A stretch of DNA of 64,000 nt from Alphaproteobacteria bacterium. Its GTDB lineage: Bacteria > Pseudomonadota > Alphaproteobacteria > SP197. A program made the position numbers and the translations under genes. Each line of letters starts with the position of its first letter. The stretch's first letter is position 1. The notes under the pieces are model-generated. The model was not told the DNA's origin. It did not search any database and saw only the letters and a list, made by a program, of their open reading frames with translations. The DNA lies in NCBI GenBank assembly GCA_964291415.2, contig OZ219918.1, positions 224,001 to 288,000 on the forward strand, given 5' to 3'. Below, piece after piece: positions 10,036-17,259 of the stretch.

Positions 10036-11502
10036 TCAGTTCCGGGTTCCAGGGCGCGTCAGGCGATCGCCCGCATCGGCGAGCATGGCGACGGTACGGC
10101 GGATGTCGTCTTCGCTGGTTCGGGGATTGATGACGCACATGCGCAGCACCATGCGACCATCCAGAATGGTCGACGAGACGACGGCCTCGCCAGTCGCCAT
10201 GATCTCGCGCGGTATCGCCGCGTTGATCTCCTCGAGCCTCGCTCGCCCGTGCAGTCCGTTGCCTACATAGCGAAAGGTGACAATGCCCAGACAGGCCGGT
10301 GAGGTTACCTCGAACCGGTCATCGCGCTCGACTTCCCGGGCCGCCATCTCTGCAAGGACAATGCCCTTGTCGACCGCCTCCCTGATGGCGTCCAGTCCCA
10401 GGCACTGAAGGCTCACCCAGAGCTTGAGGGCCCGGAATCCGCGGCTCAACTGGATGCCGTAGTCGCAGAAGTTGATCTCCTGCCCGGTTGGCTTCGCGTC
10501 CTGCATGTAGTCGGCCGAAGTACGGAATGCCTCGGCCAACAGGGTCTTGTCACGAACCAGGACGGCGCCGATTTCGAACGGCTGGAACATCCACTTGTGG
10601 GGATCGAGGACCAGGGAGTCGGCACGACCGAGGTCCGCCAGCAGGTCCCCGGATCGGCGGCCGAGTGCCGCACTCGCTCCGTAGGCGCCGTCGACATGAA
10701 ACCACATCTCCTCCTCATTGCAGATGTCGGCCAGGGGAGCCAATGGATCGACGGCACCGGTGTTGGTCGAACCTGCATTGGCAACGACACAGAACGGCCG
10801 TTTTCCCTGGGCGCGATCCCTGGCGACGGCCTGGCGAAGATGATCGGGATCGAGCCTGAAATCGCTGTCGCTCCCGATCCGGTGCAGTTGATGCGATCCG
10901 AAGCCGAGCAGGTAGAGCGCCTTGTCGACGGACGCGTGCACCTGATCGGAACAATAGATGACAGCGTCGTCCGTTCGATCATCGAGCCTGTGGCGGCGCG
11001 CGACCGCCAGACCGGTCAGATTGGCCACCGAACCACCACTGACAAACAGACCCCCCGATTGTGGCGGCAGGCCGACCGTCTGGCACAACCAGTCGATCAG
11101 GGAGAGTTCAAGGGCAGCCGGTCCGGAGCTTTCGAGCCAGGTGCCGGTAAAGACATTGAAACCGGACGCCAAGACGTCGCCCAGCACGCCATAGAAGTTG
11201 CTGGGACCGGGTACGAAGGCGAAATAGCGCGGGTGATTGCAAAGCAGGCTGTTGGCGAAAACACCGTCCCTTGCATGTGACAGGACCTCCGCGAACGGGC
11301 GTCCCTTGTCGGGTGGATCGGCCGAAAAGAGTTCCGCCATCTCGCCCGCGGAACCGACCTGGCCGACCGAACGGTCCGAGAGCGTGGCGAGGTGTTCAAC
11401 CAGCAGGTCGATAGCGGCGTAGCCGTCACGTCGCATCTCTTCGAGGTCGGGCTCAAGCCGCCCAATCCCGGGCGGGTGCCTTTGCTCCGGCCGGCGGTTC
11501 AT
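10036..11502 (-). CDS. Group II PLP-dependent amino acid decarboxylase (aromatic/DABA type)
   Basis: HPRYFAFVP, GGSVANL, AGSTNTGAVD, HVDGAYG, DPHKW (PLP lysine), LSRGFRALKLW. Confidence 0.93.
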   Translation of the reverse strand: MNRRPEQRHPPGIGRLEPDLEEMRRDGYAAIDLLVEHLATLSDRSVGQVGSAGEMAELFSADPPDKGRPFAEVLSHARDGVFANSLLCNHPRYFAFVPGPSNFYGVLGDVLASGFNVFTGTWLESSGPAALELSLIDWLCQTVGLPPQSGGLFVSGGSVANLTGLAVARRHRLDDRTDDAVIYCSDQVHASVDKALYLLGFGSHQLHRIGSDSDFRLDPDHLRQAVARDRAQGKRPFCVVANAGSTNTGAVDPLAPLADICNEEEMWFHVDGAYGASAALGRRSGDLLADLGRADSLVLDPHKWMFQPFEIGAVLVRDKTLLAEAFRTSADYMQDAKPTGQEINFCDYGIQLSRGFRALKLWVSLQCLGLDAIREAVDKGIVLAEMAAREVERDDRFEVTSPACLGIVTFRYVGNGLHGRARLEEINAAIPREIMATGEAVVSSTILDGRMVLRMCVINPRTSEDDIRRTVAMLADAGDRLTRPGTRN

Positions 11503-11834
11503 GGCGCTGACCCCAGGACATCCGATTTCCTGTCCGCCGCCGTCGCATCCGCCCTGGCAACATCGCCAACGGGATGGCGAAGATCGGCGCCTTGACGGGT
11601 CCGGGCGTCGTCGCAGCTGGCAAGCCGCACGACCGGTGCCAGACACCCTTCGGGCAGGACGTTGCCGCGGCAGTGGCCATCGGACCGGCAGACTGGTTTC
11701 GGGTGCACTGACACAGCCTTGCAGAGACGGTGCACCGAACCCGCGGGACGTCGGATCTCATCAGAGATCTCGGCGAGAAGGCCGTCGGCATGCTCCGGTT
11801 CAACTATGTCAAGCCAGCAGATCGGGTCGGCCAT
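11499..11834 (-). pseudogene. Degenerate second peroxidase-related (AhpD-like) gene
   Basis: RBS plus ATG; N-terminus and fragments (GNVLPEG, LRHPVGDVARAD) parallel the intact paralog at 9264-9875 but about half the length is missing; stop overlaps the decarboxylase ATG. Confidence 0.6.
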
Positions 11835-11912
11835 CGTCCTTTCCCCGAAAGGCCCGTCGTGACGCATTCACAAAGCACCGACCTTCCACGACTGCCAGCC
11901 TAGGTAGCCGGT

Positions 11913-11940
11913 CCGCCACCCGTCAAGACTGTGATCACAG
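11913..11940 (+). repeat. 28-bp direct repeat, left copy, containing palindrome CTGTGATCACAG
   Basis: CCGCCACCCGTCAAGACTGTGATCACAG vs CCGCCGCCCGTCCAGACTGTGATCACAG at 15664-15691 (2 mismatches). Confidence 0.9.
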
Positions 11941-12097
11941 TACTGGGCAGTGTTGGTCAGCAGTTTGATCGCGTCGCAGTACTCCACGCAGGCATTTCGC
12001 AAAGGTTCAGTAGCTGCGTTCAGCGGGACTCTCCGGGCATTCCGCAAAGCATCCTCAGAGCCCGTCGCGCTCTTGGGGCAGGGTGGCGTGAACGGCG

Positions 12098-12127
12098 TTG
12101 ACCGGACGCCAGTGCCGCATTCATAGT
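12098..12127 (+). promoter_or_regulatory. Candidate sigma70 promoter for the mini GIY-YIG/SIR2 operon
   Basis: TTGACC-N18-CATAGT, followed by AAGGAGG RBS before ATG 12150. Confidence 0.35.
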
Positions 12128-12149
12128 GCTGGGCCAAGGAGGACGCGTC

Positions 12150-12362
12150 ATGGTGGCCGAGACTACCTTCAGATACCGTTTCAAGGTGGGAGGCAGGGTC
12201 GTGCACTGCGGTTTCACGATCGACTTGGCGCGCCGCGAGCAAGAGCACCGCCGCCGGTGGCCGACGGGCCATATCGAACAGGTGGGTGGGCCGACCACGC
12301 GCGAAGAGGCGTGGAAGTGGGAGAGGCAGCAAGCCGAACAGCGGTTCCGTTCCGCGTCCTGA
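12150..12362 (+). CDS. 70-aa protein resembling a minimal GIY-YIG domain
   Basis: Strong RBS; FRY..VHCGFTIDLARREQEH..TREEAWKWE matches the GIY-YIG layout (beta hairpin, Arg helix, distal Glu) with YIG read as HCG; stop overlaps the next start (TGATG). Confidence 0.7.
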   Translation: MVAETTFRYRFKVGGRVVHCGFTIDLARREQEHRRRWPTGHIEQVGGPTTREEAWKWERQQAEQRFRSAS

Positions 12363-13456
12363 TGGCTTCACAGGAGCCCTCTGCGGGGCAGGCGGCCACA
12401 GCACAAAGCGTCCCCCGCAATCATGTTGTTGTCACCGGAGCCGGCTTCAGCCGCGCCTTGGTCCCCGGCGCGCCGCTGCTCGTTGACAATTTCAACAACG
12501 ATGCCCTTGAAAACAAAGTCCGAGGTCTGCCCAATGCGAGCCGGTTGCTGGAGTGGGAACGAAGCCTCCATCCGAGCGGTTACATCGATATTGAGCGTTT
12601 GATGACGCGACTCGATGCCTTGATGCCGTACGACTATGCCGAGAACGCTGGCAACGCAGCGAACGAATATGGATACCTCCTTTCGGAGCTGAAGAGAACG
12701 TTCGTTGACCGTCTCCATGAAGCTCGAAATGGGGACATCCATCGCGAAGACCTGAAACGCTTCGCGAACTTCTGTGAGACGCATCGCTGCTGCTGCATCA
12801 CGTTCAACTACGACGACTTCCTCGACGAGGCGCTGGCGCAGACCAAGAGTTGGAACCCTTACTGGGGTTACGGATTCTTCTGCCAGTCATCACTGGACAC
12901 CATGGCTAGTTTCGACGAACTGGAACGTAACTCGGCTTTGCGGCTGCTCAAGCTTCACGGATCGATCAATTGGCGGCCGAAGCTCGGCTATGCGAACCCG
13001 GTGGCAATCGACACCATCACGCATCATCACGAGTGGTCCAACAACAGTCTCCGGTATCCGCAAGTAGCCGGGAACCTCGAACCCGAACCGGTCATGGTCC
13101 CGCCTGTCCTGTCAAAGTCCAGCCTCGTCGAACAACCGGTCCTTCGGCTTGTCTGGTCGCATGCGCTTGCAAGCCTGGAGATAGCTCACGAAGTCACGTT
13201 CATTGGCTATTCGTTTCCGGCGACGGACGTGGCCGCAAGGACCTTGTTTACCGAAGCGTTGAAGGACCTGCCAGCAGAGGACATAAATGTTGTCAATCTA
13301 AGCCGCGACAAATCAGAGGCTGAAACCACGCGGGAGCGATATCGATCCGTGCTCGGCGATATCCCCGATGAGCAGTTTCATTTCAACGGCGCTCTGGAGT
13401 GGATAAGAGGCCTGCCGTCCAACCATCGGGGTAACGAATTGTTCAACCGGGGCTAG
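12362..13456 (+). CDS. SIR2-like domain protein (NADase-type sirtuin)
   Basis: VVVTGAGFS, ITFNYD, LLKLHGSINW, FIGYSFPATD motifs. Confidence 0.9.
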   Translation: MASQEPSAGQAATAQSVPRNHVVVTGAGFSRALVPGAPLLVDNFNNDALENKVRGLPNASRLLEWERSLHPSGYIDIERLMTRLDALMPYDYAENAGNAANEYGYLLSELKRTFVDRLHEARNGDIHREDLKRFANFCETHRCCCITFNYDDFLDEALAQTKSWNPYWGYGFFCQSSLDTMASFDELERNSALRLLKLHGSINWRPKLGYANPVAIDTITHHHEWSNNSLRYPQVAGNLEPEPVMVPPVLSKSSLVEQPVLRLVWSHALASLEIAHEVTFIGYSFPATDVAARTLFTEALKDLPAEDINVVNLSRDKSEAETTRERYRSVLGDIPDEQFHFNGALEWIRGLPSNHRGNELFNRG

Positions 13457-13845
13457 GTCATGCTCTTGGTTGGTACTCGACCATTTCGCCCGAAGTCCCA
13501 TGTATCGGGGCGTTCTTGCTGGACGACACATGCAAACAACTCGATCCCTTCCGGCTGTGCCGACCGAGATCAGCGCAAGTCGGTTCCCGGGACGTTCCCG
13601 GACATCCAGCCCGCTCATTAAATCTCGCTTCCGTCTGTCATATCGCGAATCTCGTTGCAGATTGCATCGAACTGTTCACTGACCAGACGCGACCGTTTCA
13701 GCACGAAACTCTCGCGACGCGGGATGGTATCGACGTAGCTTTTCGCGACCGTCGAACAGAGAGCGGCGGGATGAACTACTTCGAGGTGACGTGTTGACGG
13801 GAGATCCTCCCCGGCCGCTGAACGTGGTTCAACGGAGACGGGCGA

Positions 13846-13948
13846 TGAGTTCGGAGGTAAAGAACTCGCTTGCCCCCCTGAAATCCGGTAGCCACGTATT
13901 TGCGGGCAATGTTCGGCGATCGGGATGCGCATAGTCGCGTGGAACTGC
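13846..13948 (+). repeat. 103-bp direct repeat copy 1 (upstream region plus first 8 codons of the EEP gene)
   Basis: Ungapped match to 14716-14818 with 9 mismatches by my count; last 34 bp identical, encoding MRIVAWNC. Confidence 0.95.
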
Positions 13949-13959
13949 CAACACATAAA

Positions 13960-14370
13960 TCAGAAGTACGGTACTTCCTCGATGTCGAGCTCTTCCAGTC
14001 GCCATGAGTCCGTTCGTGTCGAGTATCTGATCTTGGCGATGTAGTGCATTCGCGACACCGAGCCGGAGCCGCTCTGGACGTCCACGTAAGACATCACGGT
14101 CCACATGCACGTCTCGGGAGGATCTGCCTGGTCCCTGAACTCAGACACGCCAGGGTCGACAATCTTAGCGAATTCGGCCGCGAACGAGGAAGGGATTCTG
14201 TCCTCAACGAAGAGCTTGGCGATGACAAAGGCGGATCTCCCGCCATCCTCGCAGTTGAACTGCCAGGGGTCCTGATCGCAGGCGCCTACAACGATAGCGC
14301 TCGTCAGCAGCATGGAGGCAAGCTTCGGCAGCGCAGATTCTCTCACAAGGCGTCCGTCAGACTCGTGCAT
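13960..14370 (-). CDS. Hypothetical protein, putative lipoprotein
   Basis: Hydrophobic stretch ending in VVGA-C lipobox-like site; C-terminal SYVDVQSGSGSVSRMHY..WRL; start uncertain. Confidence 0.65.
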   Translation of the reverse strand: MHESDGRLVRESALPKLASMLLTSAIVVGACDQDPWQFNCEDGGRSAFVIAKLFVEDRIPSSFAAEFAKIVDPGVSEFRDQADPPETCMWTVMSYVDVQSGSGSVSRMHYIAKIRYSTRTDSWRLEELDIEEVPYF

Positions 14371-14715
14371 TCTTCCGTCGCCGGCCGGATCCCGGATTGC
14401 GGTAATGTCGAAAGTTCTTACGAGCACCTTGCGCACCAGTCCGACCAACAAGGACCTTGCATGCATTCGTTCTTTGGACATGGCTACTTCATGGAAACTA
14501 TTGCGAATGGCGGAAAGGGTACACTCGTGCATGCAGGGCTTGCCAGCTGGAAGGCGGCTTCTTCCTGCTTTCTGCGCCGGAGAGTTGCAACGGGGAGTAT
14601 CCAAAAAAGTGAACGGACGCCCCCACTTCTTGCGTCGCAGCCAACCATGTACGTAGCTTTCTTACCCTGATGGGAGAGCGATGGCACGTTGCCACAATGC
14701 GCAAAAGTCAGACGT

Positions 14716-14818
14716 TGAATTCGGAGGTGAAGAACTCGCTTGACCCCCTGAAGTCCGGTAACCAGGCATTTGCGGGCAATGGTTGGCGATCGGGATGCGC
14801 ATAGTCGCGTGGAACTGC
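14716..14818 (+). repeat. 103-bp direct repeat copy 2 (functional start of the EEP gene)
   Basis: Offset of 870 bp from copy 1. Confidence 0.95.
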
Positions 14819-15556
14819 AGGATGGCGCTGCATCGCAAGATCGATGCCCTGATGGCCTTGCGCCCGGACCTTGCCGTGATTCCGGAAGCGGGCGCGCCGG
14901 AACGTCTTGTTGACCGGAATCCGGCCCTGGCGGAAGCGTCCCTGGTCTGGGTCGGCAGGAATCCGCACAAGGGACTCTTGGTGGCAGGATTCGGCACGAC
15001 CCGTCTCGATTTCAGTCGACGCCGCCAAGACGGCAACCTGCACTGGATGGCGCCTGTCGCTGCGCACGGGCTTCCAGGGATGGACGGGCCTCTCCACCTT
15101 CTCGGCGTCTGGGCACAGAACGCCAGCGAAGGCGATTGGCGAAAGGACAATCCCGGATACGTTCAGCAGGCGCTTCAGCGCTATCGCAGGTTCCTGCGGT
15201 CGGCCCCCTCGGTCGTTGCGGGCGATTTCAACAATCACGTTCTGTGGGACCGTCCCGGATGGCGGATGAACCACGCCAACGAAGTCCGCAGCCTGGCGCG
15301 CCTCGGACTGGTCAGCGCCTACCATGTCTCACGCGGTGTCGAGGCCGGTGACGAGCCGGAACCGACATTCTACTGGCGCAGCCGGACAATCGACTCTCCG
15401 ACCTACCACATCGACTACGTGTTCATGCCGCAGGAATGGACGAGGCGTCCCTTCGACCTGGACGTCGGTCGATACGAGGACTGGATCGGTTCAGGCTTGA
15501 GTGACCACGTACCGCTGGTGCTCGACGTCACGCCTTCGCAGGGCGGGCCGCCATGA
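14795..15556 (+). CDS. Endonuclease/exonuclease/phosphatase (EEP) family protein
   Basis: MRIVAWNC, PDLAVIPE, AGDFN, YHIDY, SDHVP. Confidence 0.92.
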   Translation: MRIVAWNCRMALHRKIDALMALRPDLAVIPEAGAPERLVDRNPALAEASLVWVGRNPHKGLLVAGFGTTRLDFSRRRQDGNLHWMAPVAAHGLPGMDGPLHLLGVWAQNASEGDWRKDNPGYVQQALQRYRRFLRSAPSVVAGDFNNHVLWDRPGWRMNHANEVRSLARLGLVSAYHVSRGVEAGDEPEPTFYWRSRTIDSPTYHIDYVFMPQEWTRRPFDLDVGRYEDWIGSGLSDHVPLVLDVTPSQGGPP

Positions 15557-15663
15557 ACATGGGGCGGGCAGTCGCCGGTCCTTGTCCGCTCCGACGTGCC
15601 CGCAGCAAAGCCAGGCACTCCCGGATCCCCGAACGAATGTCGAGCCTCCCTCATGTGCATCCC

Positions 15664-15691
15664 CCGCCGCCCGTCCAGACTGTGATCACAG
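15664..15691 (+). repeat. 28-bp direct repeat, right copy; putative GntR operator upstream of soxB
   Basis: Matches 11913-11940; palindrome is followed by TTGACA and lies about 45 bp before the soxB ATG. Confidence 0.9.
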
Positions 15692-15735
15692 ATTGACAGG
15701 AAAGGTCGGGACCGAGCAGATTGCCGATACGTGCC

Positions 15736-16992
15736 ATGGCCCACTACTCCTTCTTTCACCTGGCGGCCTCTGCTCTCGGTCTTGGTCCCCGTTCGGGGCC
15801 CGTGTTCGGCCGGGCCGATCCCCGGCCACGATACGACGTCGCGATCATAGGCGGCGGAGGGCACGGTCTGGCGACCGCCTACTACCTGGCCAGGGAGCAT
15901 GGTGTCAGCGATGTCGTGGTCATCGAGAAGGGCTGGCTGGGCGGTGGCAACACCGGGCGCAACACGACCATCGTGCGGGCGGACTATCTGCTGCCGGGCA
16001 ACCTGGAGTTCTTCGGCCATGCGCTCTCCATGTGGCCGGACCTGTCGCGCGAACTCAATTTCAATGTCATGTTCAGCCCGCGCGGATACCTGGACCTTGC
16101 CCATACGGACAGCCAGCTCGACCTCTTCATGCGCCGCGCCAACATGCTGAGCCTCAAGGGGATTCAGGCCCGCGTTGTCGGTCCCCAGGCCCTGCGCGAC
16201 CTGGAGCCCGCCCTCGACATTGGCCCCGACCCACCGGTCCCGGTGCTCGGCGGCCTCGTCCAGGACGGCGCCGGGACGGCGCGCCATGACGCCGTCGCCT
16301 GGGGGTACGCCAGGGGCGCTCACGGGCTGGGCGTCGACATCGTGCAGAATTGCGAGGTGACCGGTCTGAAGCTTGAGCATGGACACATCGCCGGCGTCGA
16401 GACGAGTCGCGGCATGATCCGGGCCGATACTGTCGTCGTTTCCGTCGCCGGCCATTCCAGCCGGCTTGCGGCCATGGCGGGGATCGACCTGCCGATCGAG
16501 ACCTATGCCGTACAGGCCTTCGTCTCGGAGCCCTTGAAGCCGGTTCTCAACCGCGTCACCAACATGAACATCGGCTTCGCCTATGCCAGCCAGACGGACA
16601 AGGGCGAAATCGTCATGGGTGGCAACCTGGAACCGCTGGCGAGCTATGCCCAGCGCGGCAGCGTCGTCAGGATCGGCGAGACCGCGTCCAGGCTCGTGCA
16701 TATCCTGCCCTTCCTGAGCCGTGTGCGCCTGCTGCGTGCCTGGGGCGGCATTGCCGATGTCTCCGCCGACGGCAGCGCGATCGTCGGTCCGACGCCGGTC
16801 GGCGGCCTCTATCTCAACGCCGGCTGGGGATACTCCGGCTTCAAGGCGACACCGGCCGCCGGCTGGTGCATGGCCCATACGGTGGCGACCGGCGAGGTCC
16901 ACCCCCTGATCCGGCCGCTGGGTCTCGATCGGTTCACGACCGGCGCCCTGCTCGATGAAGGCGGCGCCGGTCCCTACACCTGGCTCCACTGA
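15736..16992 (+). CDS. soxB: Sarcosine oxidase subunit beta family
   Basis: GGGGHGLATAYYLA, GGGNTGRNTT, ARHDAVAWGYA, GWGYSGFKATP. Confidence 0.93.
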   Translation: MAHYSFFHLAASALGLGPRSGPVFGRADPRPRYDVAIIGGGGHGLATAYYLAREHGVSDVVVIEKGWLGGGNTGRNTTIVRADYLLPGNLEFFGHALSMWPDLSRELNFNVMFSPRGYLDLAHTDSQLDLFMRRANMLSLKGIQARVVGPQALRDLEPALDIGPDPPVPVLGGLVQDGAGTARHDAVAWGYARGAHGLGVDIVQNCEVTGLKLEHGHIAGVETSRGMIRADTVVVSVAGHSSRLAAMAGIDLPIETYAVQAFVSEPLKPVLNRVTNMNIGFAYASQTDKGEIVMGGNLEPLASYAQRGSVVRIGETASRLVHILPFLSRVRLLRAWGGIADVSADGSAIVGPTPVGGLYLNAGWGYSGFKATPAAGWCMAHTVATGEVHPLIRPLGLDRFTTGALLDEGGAGPYTWLH

Positions 16993-17001
16993 CTTCGCGC
17001 C

Positions 17002-17259
17002 ATGCTGATCATTCCCTGCCCGTGGTGCGGCGAACGCGACGAGAGCGAATTCAGCTATGGCGGCCCCGCGCGACCCTTGCCGGCACTGGATGCGGACGCG
17101 GCGGCCTGGCGCCGCGCCCTCTACTCCCATGACAACCCAAAGGGGTGGCGCGAGGAACTGTGGTTCCACGGCTTTGGCTGCCGGCAATGGATCGTCGTCT
17201 CCAGGCACACGGTGACCCAGGAGATTGCCGATAGCCGCCCAATGGAGCCCCCGCCGTGA
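17002..17259 (+). CDS. soxD: Sarcosine oxidase subunit delta family
   Basis: CPWCGERDESEF, NPKG, WFHGFGCRQW zinc ligands. Confidence 0.93.
   Translation: MLIIPCPWCGERDESEFSYGGPARPLPALDADAAAWRRALYSHDNPKGWREELWFHGFGCRQWIVVSRHTVTQEIADSRPMEPPP

Larger units (their letters stand above)
11941..15663. mobile_element. Integrase-less genomic islet (mini GIY-YIG-like, SIR2-like, putative lipoprotein, EEP nuclease)
   Basis: Bounded by 28-bp direct repeats; visibly more AT-rich than flanks; interrupts a divergent promoter region of the amine cluster. Confidence 0.7.

Noticed and set aside
13460-13840. Short ORFs downstream of the SIR2-like gene
   Set aside because: No recognisable motif or RBS; may be a gene fragment but cannot be supported
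13846-14818. Possible CRISPR or integron attC array
   Set aside because: Only two long copies, no regular spacers, no attC-like structure, no cas or intI genes
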